Source of the DNA: a virus
Taxonomy: Duplodnaviria; Caudoviricetes
Length of the DNA: 50,025 nucleotides
Strand: one strand, 5' to 3'
Virus record (IMG/VR): IMGVR_UViG_3300017739_000018
Location: 1-50,025 of that record
This document shows, piece after piece, positions 27,144 through 36,376 of this stretch. The position numbers were made by a program, and so were the translations under genes. Position 1 is the stretch's first letter, and each line of letters begins with the position of its first letter. The notes under the pieces were generated by a model. The model made no database searches and had not been told where the DNA came from. It was given only the letters and a program-made list of their open reading frames with translations.

Positions 27144-27334
27144 TGTGTGGCGGAATATATGAAGAGGATTTTGAGAATGTCCCAGAGACAGATACAAAAG
27201 TCTCCAAGAAAAAGAGACCCAGTAGTGTGGATTCTGGGAATGGGTGGATGAACGATTTAAAATTTACTACGGCAGAGGATTTTATGAAAGAACAAGATGA
27301 GTACTACTATCCGGGTAGTGACCCACAGGAGTGA
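27143..27334 (+). CDS. Small acidic hypothetical protein
   Basis: GGAGG RBS and TGATG overlap; MCGGIYEEDF. Confidence 0.55.
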   Translation: MCGGIYEEDFENVPETDTKVSKKKRPSSVDSGNGWMNDLKFTTAEDFMKEQDEYYYPGSDPQE

Positions 27335-27338
27335 GACG

Positions 27339-27548
27339 ATGAATCAGATACTTTTGGTATTTGTAATTACTGGTTTTCAACCTACCGTATCGGACAGAGT
27401 TTTTGAATCATATGACGAATGCAAACAGTTCGTAAATACACTTGCAAAGCAAAGTGTGGTCAACAGTGACTATGGCTTTCAGTTTTTATCTTCAGACAGG
27501 TTGTTAGTCTCAGGTCAATGTGTCGCAAAAGAGGATTATCAAACATGA
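27339..27548 (+). CDS. Small protein with hydrophobic N-terminus and two Cys
   Basis: AGGAG RBS; MNQILLVFVITG...FESYDEC...GQC. Confidence 0.55.
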   Translation: MNQILLVFVITGFQPTVSDRVFESYDECKQFVNTLAKQSVVNSDYGFQFLSSDRLLVSGQCVAKEDYQT

Positions 27549-27868
27549 AAATATTCAAAGCATTTGAGGAGAACGGATGGGTGGCACTAACCAAGTTTGG
27601 TTACGGTTTACTTGATGGCACAAAAAATGCACTCAAGTTTGCACCTATGGAGTACAAGTATTTACTTACGATTTTGTTAGCCGCTATGTGGTGTATTGCT
27701 TTTGGCATATACACGACTGAGTTACTGTACATCGGGTACAATATTATCGGTCACTATGTGCTGATTACCTGCGTGTTTTTTACTTGGTTTGTATTTACTA
27801 CTGAAAAGAGACGTGCACCAAAGTCACCACCAAACAAAGTAAAATGGGACATAGAAAAGGAGGCGTAG
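27545..27868 (+). CDS. Two-TM membrane protein
   Basis: GAGG RBS; hydrophobic LLTILLAAMWCIAFGIY and IIGHYVLITCVFFTWFVF. Confidence 0.65.
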   Translation: MKIFKAFEENGWVALTKFGYGLLDGTKNALKFAPMEYKYLLTILLAAMWCIAFGIYTTELLYIGYNIIGHYVLITCVFFTWFVFTTEKRRAPKSPPNKVKWDIEKEA

Positions 27869-27871
27869 GAG

Positions 27872-28015
27872 ATGATTAAAGTGTATGCTTTCATTTTGTT
27901 TGTATTTAGTGCTACAGCAGGTGTTGGACACTTCATGTCAAACGAAAGCAGAAGTATTGGATTTACCAATATTTGCGGAGAACATAAATATTTTTGTATA
28001 AGGGAAAAACAATAA
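27872..28015 (+). CDS. 47-aa signal-peptide/membrane peptide
   Basis: MIKVYAFILFVFSATAGVGHFMSNESRSIGFTNICGEHKYFCIREKQ, with AGGAGG upstream. Confidence 0.5.
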   Translation: MIKVYAFILFVFSATAGVGHFMSNESRSIGFTNICGEHKYFCIREKQ

Positions 28016-28053
28016 ACAAAAAGCCCTTAGTATATTAAAGGAGATTAAAGCCT

Positions 28054-29601
28054 ATGGCATCGAAATTATTAAACACCCTACGTCTTTCTTTGGAGATGAC
28101 GGATGTCCTTGCGAACCTCGAGAGGACAGGCATCAAGGTTGACCCAGTTGCTCTTGACGAGATTGAAAAAGAGTATCGAAATGAGATGAACGCGCTAGAA
28201 GTCAGACTACAGCGTATGGCTGAAGAAGCGATGGGAGACACACCGATCAACCTTAATAGTGCGGATGACCGCTCAATGCTGTTTTACTCACGTAAGGTGC
28301 TAGATAAAAAGCGATGGTCCTCCATCTTTAACTTGGGATCAGAGTTACGCGGTGCTACCCGCAAACCTAAGCAACGTACGAAAATGACAAAAAAATTATT
28401 CGGCTTGTACGTAAAAGACGAAACAGAAGTCTTGCACAAAACTATCGCATCGAAGTGCACTGCCTGTATGGGACAGGGACGTAAAAAAGTTATCAAGAAA
28501 GATGGTACGCAAGGTAAAGCTGTGCGTGTATGTAAATCCTGTGGCGGGGATGGAATAATATATGCGAAGACTAAACAGATTGCGGGCTTTAAAATTATCC
28601 CGAGGGATGCGTGGGACACGGCGGCCGCAGGATTCAAGACAGACCACGAAACTCTTAGGGATCGTATGGATGAGCTTTCTGGTGACGCCCGAGAGTTTGC
28701 AGAGTCATATTCCCGCTACAATGCACTTAGAACGTACCTCTCTACTTTCGTCGAAGGACTCAAGAACAATCGAGACAGAGATGACATCGTACACCCCGAT
28801 TTTATGCAGTGTGTCACAGCTACCGGACGACTCAGTTCTCGTAACCCCAATTTCCAAAATATGCCCCGTGGTTCTACATTCGCTATTCGGAGAGCAATGG
28901 TCTCTCGTTTTGACGGAGGACAAATCCTCGAAGCTGACTACGGACAGCTCGAATTCAGAGTCGCAGGATTTCTAGCTAATGACCCTCAAGCATATCACGA
29001 TGTGGAGAACAAGACTGATGTACACACAGTTACTGCTGAGATTATTGGGTGTTCCCGCCAAGATGCTAAAGCACACACCTTTAAACCTCTTTACGGGGGC
29101 ACCACAGGTACTGCTGACCAACAGCGATACTACCGGACTTTTAAAGAGAAGTATGCTGGCGTAACGGCGTGGCACGACAAGTTGCAAAAGGATGCGGTGG
29201 AAAAGGGCTTCATCACTTTACCTTCAGGCAGACAGTATGCATTCCCCGGTACGACGTGGACAGAGTGGGGTACAGCGACTAACAGGACAGCTATCTGTAA
29301 CTACCCTGTGCAGGGCTTTGCAACCGCCGATCTCTTGCCGGTCGCTCTAGTAAAGTTGCGTAAGTCCATGAGAAGTACAAGATTTTTAAAGAGTGTGATC
29401 TGTAATACCGTGCACGATAGTATAGTGCTTGACATTTTTCCGGGTGAAGAGGATACTTGTATTAATCTTGTGGTGGAGGCAATGATGTCATTACCCGAAG
29501 AGTGTCGGCGGAGATATGGTGTAGAGTATGATATGCCAATATCAGTCGAGTGTAAGATGGGGTCCAACTGGCTGGATACCCAAGTTGTTTACGCAAACTA
29601 A
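28054..29601 (+). CDS. polA: Family A DNA polymerase domain with DnaJ-like zinc finger
   Basis: CTACMGQG and CKSCGGDG; TATGRLSS, motif A DYGQLEFR, motif B RQDAKAHTFKPLYG, motif C VHDS; own AAGGAG RBS. Confidence 0.95.
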   Translation: MASKLLNTLRLSLEMTDVLANLERTGIKVDPVALDEIEKEYRNEMNALEVRLQRMAEEAMGDTPINLNSADDRSMLFYSRKVLDKKRWSSIFNLGSELRGATRKPKQRTKMTKKLFGLYVKDETEVLHKTIASKCTACMGQGRKKVIKKDGTQGKAVRVCKSCGGDGIIYAKTKQIAGFKIIPRDAWDTAAAGFKTDHETLRDRMDELSGDAREFAESYSRYNALRTYLSTFVEGLKNNRDRDDIVHPDFMQCVTATGRLSSRNPNFQNMPRGSTFAIRRAMVSRFDGGQILEADYGQLEFRVAGFLANDPQAYHDVENKTDVHTVTAEIIGCSRQDAKAHTFKPLYGGTTGTADQQRYYRTFKEKYAGVTAWHDKLQKDAVEKGFITLPSGRQYAFPGTTWTEWGTATNRTAICNYPVQGFATADLLPVALVKLRKSMRSTRFLKSVICNTVHDSIVLDIFPGEEDTCINLVVEAMMSLPEECRRRYGVEYDMPISVECKMGSNWLDTQVVYAN

Positions 29602-29611
29602 GGAGAGCGTT

Positions 29612-30427
29612 ATGGGCGAAGTGAGCGTTATAGGCATGTCTCTTTCTGAGGCAATTAAAACTGGAGATCAGGAGCTTATCCTAAAAGCATCTGGACAAAC
29701 TGAGGCGGATCAGCCAAAGGCTGGTTTGGCACGTCTTAACATTAATTATGATACGGACACGGACGACGGTCATACATTAAAGAAGGGCACATGGAAAGTG
29801 TACTACGATGGCGAATTTGTATACGCGGATAGTGTACATTTTCATCCTTACCTTCGTACTTACGAGTGGTCTGTGTGGGATAACGACGAGAGTAAATTCT
29901 CAAGTCGGTCAGTTCAAGCTGAATCGCTTGATTATCAATTCCCCGACACCACAGGAGGAAACAAGTGTGGCCGCTTAACTAAGTCGGACGAAGAGGCGTT
30001 GGGTGAGGATCATCCGAAAACACTGGCATCGCGTTTAGCGACATGCAATCAGGTTTTCTATGGCATGATCAGCATGAAAGGTAAGAATGCTGGAGGAAAA
30101 ACTATCGAAGTCAAAGACTTCCCAGTCGTTTCTTACTTCAAGCGTTCTGGCTTCCGTCCCGCACGTGAGGCAGTTCAGAAGTTGGGCAAGACACCACTAC
30201 ACACGGTGACTTTTAATTTGACGACTCAGCGTCAAAAGATGGGTAGTGTTGTGTACTTTACTCCTGTGTTTACGCAAGATAAAAGTGCGAATGTTGACAT
30301 TGATACCCTTGTAATGTTTGAGGATACAGTCAAAGCATCTAACACAATGATTATGGAACAGCATAAGGAGGCTTTTAAAGCCAAAGCTAGTGAACAAGAA
30401 GTTGACTTAGCGGCGGACTTTGCCTAA
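29612..30427 (+). CDS. Putative single-stranded DNA-binding protein
   Basis: AAGGAG RBS before MGEVSV; follows pol; acidic/aromatic C-terminus (DLAADFA). Confidence 0.5.
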   Translation: MGEVSVIGMSLSEAIKTGDQELILKASGQTEADQPKAGLARLNINYDTDTDDGHTLKKGTWKVYYDGEFVYADSVHFHPYLRTYEWSVWDNDESKFSSRSVQAESLDYQFPDTTGGNKCGRLTKSDEEALGEDHPKTLASRLATCNQVFYGMISMKGKNAGGKTIEVKDFPVVSYFKRSGFRPAREAVQKLGKTPLHTVTFNLTTQRQKMGSVVYFTPVFTQDKSANVDIDTLVMFEDTVKASNTMIMEQHKEAFKAKASEQEVDLAADFA

Positions 30428-31311
30428 TGATTGCTGAAGTTCTAGTTAAGGACTTCTTGCATAAAGCAGTAAGGGGGGAGGTAACACTTCCCCCTTCTGT
30501 CATGGAAGAGTTTGCAAAGGATTGCCGCGAGGCACTTGAAAAACAATTTAACCGCAATTCTGAGTGGCGATTACGTATGTCAGGATTGGGACGACCCATG
30601 TGTCAGCAGATACACGGGCGCGACGGTAAAGATGAGGAGATGGAATACAACTCAATACTGCGGTTTTTAATTGGAGATCTCGTAGAATGTGCCGTGATGG
30701 CGATACTCAAAGGAGCGGGTATCAAAATCATCGAAACACAAGGTAAGTGTGAACTAGAAATCGGTGGAGAAAGTGTGCAGGGCACACTCGATTTAATTAT
30801 GGATGATCCCGTCGATGGGGAGAAAGTGTGGGATGTTAAGTCTGCGTCTCCTTACTCCTTTGCACAGAAGTTTTCAAAAGGATACGACAACATCAAGCAG
30901 GATGATCCGTTTGGTTACGTGATGCAGGGTCATCTATACGCCGAATCAAGGGATCTTAACTTCGGTGGGTGGATTGTAGTGGACAAATCATCAGGAGAGA
31001 TACAGTTTGTGTCTGCCCCGGATGATCAGGCGGACGACAGAGCGGTGTACCTTGAAGAAGCCGCACGTACTGTTGAAGCTCTTATGTCTAATTATTCATA
31101 CAAGAAGCCGCCCATTCCCCCAGAAGATGAATGCTACACCCTAAAGGGTGAGAAGATTTATACCGGAAACAAGATACTCAATAAATCGTGTACTTTCTGT
31201 GGCTACCGTAAGCACTGCTGGCCGAAGGCAGTACAACACCCGAAGGTTACATCTCGAGCTCGGAACAAGCCGCTTGCTTGGTATCACACACTGAAGGTGA
31301 AAGAACTATGA
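30427..31311 (+). CDS. PD-(D/E)XK exonuclease, Cas4/RecB-like
   Basis: RMSGLGRPMC, GTLD...WDVKS, Q..LY and terminal CTFC.....HC. Confidence 0.82.
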   Translation: MIAEVLVKDFLHKAVRGEVTLPPSVMEEFAKDCREALEKQFNRNSEWRLRMSGLGRPMCQQIHGRDGKDEEMEYNSILRFLIGDLVECAVMAILKGAGIKIIETQGKCELEIGGESVQGTLDLIMDDPVDGEKVWDVKSASPYSFAQKFSKGYDNIKQDDPFGYVMQGHLYAESRDLNFGGWIVVDKSSGEIQFVSAPDDQADDRAVYLEEAARTVEALMSNYSYKKPPIPPEDECYTLKGEKIYTGNKILNKSCTFCGYRKHCWPKAVQHPKVTSRARNKPLAWYHTLKVKEL

Positions 31312-31631
31312 AGCCGCAGGAACTTAAAAAAATTGTAGAGTTACAGGGGCGTATCATAAAGTTACGTGAAAGAATTAAGTCAGACGTTGCTAAGCACAAC
31401 GAAATGGTTATCGACCAGCTACGTCCTCTGATGGATGACGTCCTGCACAACACAATATACCAACATGAAACTACGCTGTATAAACGTGGACGTGTGTTTT
31501 CACAGCTTGAGTGCGGAGAGCACGGTCTCGGCGTTAAGGCAGAAGGATTGGCGACACTACGTAAACTGGAGATAAAAGATGCCCCTTCTGATGACAAAGA
31601 AAGTGGACCGTCAGCTACTTTACCTGAATGA
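31308..31631 (+). CDS. Hypothetical protein
   Basis: ATGA overlap; MKPQELKKIV. Confidence 0.55.
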   Translation: MKPQELKKIVELQGRIIKLRERIKSDVAKHNEMVIDQLRPLMDDVLHNTIYQHETTLYKRGRVFSQLECGEHGLGVKAEGLATLRKLEIKDAPSDDKESGPSATLPE

Positions 31632-31950
31632 AAGAGCCTACGCAGTCTACATCGAAGCCGCTGACAAACGAGGCGGTGATCCGTGGGTAAGGTGGGCACG
31701 TAACTTTGATCGTTGTTTGCCGCTGACTATGTGGCAACACTTTGGTCAACCTTTAGGGCACGAAACATTTGAACGGGATGGTAAAAAAGCTACGGATGAA
31801 TTAATACGTATCGCGAATACATTACGGCAGGGTCGTGTCGTAGTTTTCCCCGGCGATGAGTATACTCACGCACTTCAACAAATAGAGAGTACAACTCCCA
31901 AATTGCAAGAAAGAATTTTTCAATCAATACAGGGGTTTATTAATTTATGA
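31579..31950 (+). CDS. Hypothetical protein
   Basis: GGAG RBS; operon packing. Confidence 0.6.
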   Translation: MPLLMTKKVDRQLLYLNERAYAVYIEAADKRGGDPWVRWARNFDRCLPLTMWQHFGQPLGHETFERDGKKATDELIRIANTLRQGRVVVFPGDEYTHALQQIESTTPKLQERIFQSIQGFINL

Positions 31951-32333
31951 GTAGGCCACAAAGACATAAGTTTCGGTCTGACTACGAATTGGGTGTCGCA
32001 AAATTTTTGGCGGAACGTGGTGTAAAATATGAGTACGAGGCACATAAGCTTGTATATTACCCTAAGCCAAAGACTTATGTTCCTGACTTTTATTTGCCCG
32101 ACTCTAACATTTATATTGAGGCTAAAGGGTTTTTTAGTCCTGCGGATAGGCAAAAGATGTTGCTTGTAATTAAAAACAACCCCCTTCTTGACATTCGGAT
32201 GCTTTTCTTGAGAGCATCGAACAAGCTTAACCGTTCTAGTAAAACTACTTACGGTAAATGGTGTGATCGGCATAGTATTATTTGGGCGGATGGGCAGATA
32301 CCACTGGAGTGGTTGGAGAAAAAACATGACTGA
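31947..32333 (+). CDS. Endonuclease I/Holliday junction resolvase (T7 gp3-like)
   Basis: FRSDYE, YVPDF, YIEAKG, DRQKM, TTYGKWC, IPLEWL. Confidence 0.9.
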   Translation: MSRPQRHKFRSDYELGVAKFLAERGVKYEYEAHKLVYYPKPKTYVPDFYLPDSNIYIEAKGFFSPADRQKMLLVIKNNPLLDIRMLFLRASNKLNRSSKTTYGKWCDRHSIIWADGQIPLEWLEKKHD

Positions 32334-32712
32334 TTTGATATTAGATGAAGAAAAATTAATGGCCCTTGAACAAGCGGGAATGCTCAAAGGACGTTACTAC
32401 ATTGTATTGGAGCCTGTAGAAGATGAAAGTGAAGACGAAGATGGCTTTGCTATACGTGCGTATGCAACTAAAGAGTTTAGAGGTGAGAATGAAGATGGCA
32501 GTTATGTGGACCCAACTTATGTCATTCTTCAAGGGTTACTGGGTGCAGTACACGAGAACTTCGACGATGTATACGAAATGGGATTGGAAAGGGTTACGCT
32601 TGAAGCGTTGGGTGAAGTCGTTCCAGAAGAAGACTTGAAGGAAGAACACAAGAAAAGAATTAAAGGAATGGAAGGTAACGTTATTAAAGCAGACTTCGGA
32701 ATCTTACAATGA
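32326..32712 (+). CDS. Acidic hypothetical protein
   Basis: GGAG RBS before MTDLIL; C-terminal NVIKADFG. Confidence 0.6.
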   Translation: MTDLILDEEKLMALEQAGMLKGRYYIVLEPVEDESEDEDGFAIRAYATKEFRGENEDGSYVDPTYVILQGLLGAVHENFDDVYEMGLERVTLEALGEVVPEEDLKEEHKKRIKGMEGNVIKADFGILQ

Positions 32713-32921
32713 GTGACCCTGTTAATCCCGACCACTACAAGACAGAGACACTCGAGGCTATAGAAGTAATGCGAGCTTTTTGTTCAGATGAAGAATTTAC
32801 TGGACATTTACGTTGCACAGCAATAAAATATTTATTGCGGTTGCACAAAAAAGACACCCCTGCAATTAACGCTAGTAAATGCAAGTGGTATATCGAGAGA
32901 CTGATAAAGGAACTGCAATAG
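32709..32921 (+). CDS. DUF3310-like protein (T7 gp1.7 nucleotide kinase-related)
   Basis: DPVNPDHYK...EAIE...IKYL.R..KK...K..WY. Confidence 0.75.
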   Translation: MSDPVNPDHYKTETLEAIEVMRAFCSDEEFTGHLRCTAIKYLLRLHKKDTPAINASKCKWYIERLIKELQ

Positions 32922-32922
32922 T

Positions 32923-34674
32923 ATGGAAGCAATGTACTGCAACAAAATTGCTATCGATTATTCACGGGATGAAACCTTTTCGGCTCAAGCTTTAAAGCTG
33001 TTAACAGATTATTATATGTTGCCGGACGAATCCAGTCCGCAAGAATCTTTTGCCCGTGCCGCGTTGGCGTACAGTGGAGGTGATAATGCTCTGGCTCAAC
33101 GTATTTATGACTATGCTAGCAACCGCTGGTTTATGTTTGCTTCTCCGGTCTTATCTAACGCACCCCGATACGACGAATCAGTCAAGGGTCTACCTATATC
33201 TTGTTTTCTCACTTATGTTGGTGACAATTTGGATTCCCTTATTGCTCACAACTCTGAAACTGCTTGGCTATCTGTCAAAGGAGGTGGAGTCGGTGGTCAC
33301 TGGTCTGATGTACGCGGTATAAGCGATAAGGCTCCCGGACCTATTCCTTTTATGAAGGTCGTTGATTCAGGTATGACCGCGTGGAAGCAAGGACGTACCC
33401 GTAAAGGATCATACGCCGCTTACCTTGACGTGTCTCACCCAGACATCATCGAGTTTATTAACTTTAAAGTACCCACAGGCGACACGAACAGGAAGTGTTT
33501 TAACCTGTTTAACGCTGTAAACATAACCGACGAATTTATGGAGGCGGTAGAAAATGGAACAGAATGGCAGTTACGAGACCCTCATGACGGAGATGTCAGA
33601 GATTCAATCCCAGCTCGAACTTTGTGGCAAAGAATACTTGAAGCTCGCTTCAGAACTGGCTCACCTTACTTACACTTCATCGACGAATCCAACAGACAGT
33701 TACCAGATTCTCAGAAAGCACTTGGACTCACAATTAACGGGTCTAACTTATGCTCTGAAATCACTCTCCCTACATCTGAAGAACGCACGGCAGTTTGTTG
33801 CCTCAGCTCCGTCAATCTCGAAAAGTACGATGAGTGGAGAGACACCGGAATGGTTGGAGACTTGGTACGATTCTTGGACAACGTCCTTGAATTCTTTATC
33901 AAAAATGCACCAAGAGAACTTTCAAAAGCTGTTTACTCAGCTAGACGTGAAAGGTCCATTGGCTTAGGAGCAATGGGTTGGCATGGATATTTGCAGAAGA
34001 ATAATCTTTCGTGGGAAAGCATTAGCGCAAAGTTTGCGAACCAAAGAATATTTGCCGACATACATGCACAGGCTCACGAGGAAAGTGTACGTCTTGGTAA
34101 AGAGAGGGAAGAGGCACCTGACATGGTTGGTACGGGACGTCGGAACGCTCACCTTCTCGCTATCGCTCCAAACGCTAACTCTTCTATTATCTGTGGGTGT
34201 AGTGCTAGTATTGAGCCTATTAAGTCTAATGCTTATACCCATCGCACTCGTGCTGGGGCTCACCTCGTCAAAAATCCGTACCTCGAGGAGGTCTTAAATG
34301 ATCTTAAAAAAAATGACGAAGAAACATGGAAAAAAATCGTTAATGCTCAAGGGTCTGTTCGGGATTTGGAGTTCCTGTCGGAAGAACAGAGGGATGTTTT
34401 TAAAACTGCGTATGAAATCGATCAAGGAGCGGTGGTCGAACACGCAGGAGACCGACAGCCATACATCTGTCAGGCTCAGTCCGTTAATCTTTTCTTCCCA
34501 GCGGGTTCGCCAGCATCTTATGTCAACTCGGTTCACCTTAGGGCGTGGAAATCTAAGCTCAAATCTCTGTACTACCTCCGCACAGATGCGGGAGTTGAGG
34601 CAGATAAGATTGGAGTTGCGGTTGAAAGAGTCGCTTTGCAAGATGCGGAGGAGTGCTTGTCATGTCACGGGTAA
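32923..34674 (+). CDS. nrdA: Ribonucleotide reductase alpha subunit, class I, no ATP cone
   Basis: PISCF, GGGVG, SNLCSEI, AIAPNANSS, KSLYYLR, terminal CLSC. Confidence 0.95.
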   Translation: MEAMYCNKIAIDYSRDETFSAQALKLLTDYYMLPDESSPQESFARAALAYSGGDNALAQRIYDYASNRWFMFASPVLSNAPRYDESVKGLPISCFLTYVGDNLDSLIAHNSETAWLSVKGGGVGGHWSDVRGISDKAPGPIPFMKVVDSGMTAWKQGRTRKGSYAAYLDVSHPDIIEFINFKVPTGDTNRKCFNLFNAVNITDEFMEAVENGTEWQLRDPHDGDVRDSIPARTLWQRILEARFRTGSPYLHFIDESNRQLPDSQKALGLTINGSNLCSEITLPTSEERTAVCCLSSVNLEKYDEWRDTGMVGDLVRFLDNVLEFFIKNAPRELSKAVYSARRERSIGLGAMGWHGYLQKNNLSWESISAKFANQRIFADIHAQAHEESVRLGKEREEAPDMVGTGRRNAHLLAIAPNANSSIICGCSASIEPIKSNAYTHRTRAGAHLVKNPYLEEVLNDLKKNDEETWKKIVNAQGSVRDLEFLSEEQRDVFKTAYEIDQGAVVEHAGDRQPYICQAQSVNLFFPAGSPASYVNSVHLRAWKSKLKSLYYLRTDAGVEADKIGVAVERVALQDAEECLSCHG

Positions 34675-34677
34675 CTG

Positions 34678-34893
34678 ATGCTTGAGCTAGACAACAAGTG
34701 CAACATCTGTCATTGTGACTTCGATATAGAGACAGAGGGAGGCATACAGGGTTATCTAGGTATCCTCCCATTTAGTCTCTGCCCGATGTGTTTTAGTGGC
34801 CTGATGGATATGTACGATCAACTAAACGGAGACTTAAATGAGCACAAAAGCGGACAAAAGATGGAGGACGATGACGAGAACTCATACAGGTAA
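34678..34893 (+). CDS. Small zinc-finger protein
   Basis: CNIC...CPMC. Confidence 0.6.
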   Translation: MLELDNKCNICHCDFDIETEGGIQGYLGILPFSLCPMCFSGLMDMYDQLNGDLNEHKSGQKMEDDDENSYR

Positions 34894-35032
34894 GGGCAAT
34901 GCTCGTCGTCCACAAAACATAAAAAAATACAGAGAAAACTGGAACAGGATATTTGGTGATGAGAAAAATACAGAAGAAAATCTTAAAGATGTACCACCGG
35001 ATTTTGAAAACTTCGGTCAAGAGAAAATTTAG
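34838..35032 (+). CDS. Small hypothetical protein (start uncertain, possibly 34871)
   Basis: GKGNARRP...YRENWNRIFG pattern common in phage microproteins. Confidence 0.55.
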   Translation: MSTKADKRWRTMTRTHTGKGNARRPQNIKKYRENWNRIFGDEKNTEENLKDVPPDFENFGQEKI

Positions 35033-35114
35033 CAAGGTTGATGATCTTAATTGGAAGCTATTACAGTTAGAAATTAAGTTGAAACAACTTGACGATAGGG
35101 ACAGCGACTCGTAA
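34959..35114 (+). CDS. Putative 51-aa basic protein
   Basis: MRKIQKKILKMYHRILK...LEIKLKQLDDRDSDS by manual translation. Confidence 0.4.
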   Translation: MRKIQKKILKMYHRILKTSVKRKFSKVDDLNWKLLQLEIKLKQLDDRDSDS

Positions 35115-35117
35115 CAT
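35089..35117 (+). promoter_or_regulatory. sigma70 promoter
   Basis: TTGACG-17 bp-TAACAT. Confidence 0.65.
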
Positions 35118-35170
35118 AGGAAATGGGATATAGGTTTCTCCCAACGGCGGATTGATCCCCGTCACTTTGT

Positions 35171-35194
35171 GGCCCCTCTCCGGGGCCTTTTTTT
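35171..35194 (+). terminator. Intrinsic terminator upstream of nrdB
   Basis: GGCCCC-TCTCC-GGGGCC then TTTTTTT. Confidence 0.78.
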
Positions 35195-35219
35195 CCAACA
35201 AATAAAACAAGGACTTACG

Positions 35220-36203
35220 ATGTCTTTATTAGAAGAATCAAAGGTGTACAAGCCATTTAAATATCCGTGGGCTGTAGAGTACGCAGTTTCTCATGAAAAA
35301 GTTCACTGGGGAGAGTGGGAGGCAAAACTGCAAGAGGATGTGGCTCAATGGCAGGGCGGCAAGCTCAACGCTCGAGAGAAACACCATATTACTCAAATAC
35401 TTAAATTGTTTACGCAATCAGATGTACAGGTTGGTACAAACTACCTCGAGCACTACATTCCCAAGTTCAAAAACAATGAGATTCGTGCGATGCTTACGTC
35501 TTTTGCGAACAGGGAGTTTGTACACCAGAGAAGCTACGCACTATTAAATGATACGCTTGGGTTACCAGAGTCAGAGTTTTCTGCTTTTCGTGAGTATCAG
35601 GCTATGGCTGACAAAGTCGAGTACATGGCGGATATTGACACGCACAGCGTGTCTGGCACGGCAAAATCTATCGCACGTAGCGTTATGAATGAAGGCATGA
35701 GTCTTTTTAGTGCGTTTGCAATGCTATTAAATTACCAGAGGTTTGGTAAAATGAGAGGCATGTGTGAGATTGTAGAGTGGTCCATCCGCGACGAGTCTAT
35801 GCATTGCGAAGGTATGGTTAAATTATTCCGGGAGTTTTGTGATGAACATCCAAGAATTGTTACAGACGATTTTAAAAAAGATATCTACGATATGTTCCGA
35901 GGTGCGGTCGCACTTGAAGACAAGGTTATCGATAATGCGTACGAAATGGGACAAGTTGAAGGCGTCAGTGCAGAAGAAATTAAACAGTACATTCGATATC
36001 TAGCGGATCGTCGTTTAATTATGCTCGGTTTGAAAGGTAACTGGAAGATTAAAAAGAACCCGCTCTCGTGGCTTGATTGGATTATCAATGGGGCGAGTCA
36101 CAAAAACTTTTTTGAGGGCACTGTGACGGACTACAATGCGAATGGGATGGTAGGTGAATGGGGCTGGCCCAAGACTGTCGAAAAAGTAGAGGAGGCCGCA
36201 TGA
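35220..36203 (+). CDS. nrdB: Ribonucleotide reductase beta subunit, class Ia
   Basis: FTQSD, EFVHQRSY (radical Tyr), NEGMSLF, DESMH, NFFE; AAGGA RBS before MSLLEE. Confidence 0.95.
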   Translation: MSLLEESKVYKPFKYPWAVEYAVSHEKVHWGEWEAKLQEDVAQWQGGKLNAREKHHITQILKLFTQSDVQVGTNYLEHYIPKFKNNEIRAMLTSFANREFVHQRSYALLNDTLGLPESEFSAFREYQAMADKVEYMADIDTHSVSGTAKSIARSVMNEGMSLFSAFAMLLNYQRFGKMRGMCEIVEWSIRDESMHCEGMVKLFREFCDEHPRIVTDDFKKDIYDMFRGAVALEDKVIDNAYEMGQVEGVSAEEIKQYIRYLADRRLIMLGLKGNWKIKKNPLSWLDWIINGASHKNFFEGTVTDYNANGMVGEWGWPKTVEKVEEAA

Positions 36204-36376
36204 CGGACAGGCAAGTTCAGACAATGTTGGATAGGCTAAAGATACATGCGGATGCCGCACGAACAAATCCCTTGATAGGCGATGCTGAATTGCTTGACTC
36301 AGCACGTAAAATGATCTACGATCTACGGAACAAGTTGAGATTTAGAAAACCGTATGATCGAGATCGTACCAACTAA
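36200..36376 (+). CDS. Hypothetical protein
   Basis: GGAGG RBS and ATGA overlap; MTDRQVQTML. Confidence 0.55.
   Translation: MTDRQVQTMLDRLKIHADAARTNPLIGDAELLDSARKMIYDLRNKLRFRKPYDRDRTN

Noticed and set aside
26507-28059. TATGGCA at both edges of the polymerase split as an excision or splice junction
   Set aside because: Joining at the repeat puts exo and pol out of frame, and it is simply ATG-GCA starts at both places. No group I/II intron core or intein motifs were recognised.
30427-31311. Cas4-like nuclease as a sign of CRISPR
   Set aside because: No repeat-spacer array or other cas genes; this is the usual replication-module exonuclease.
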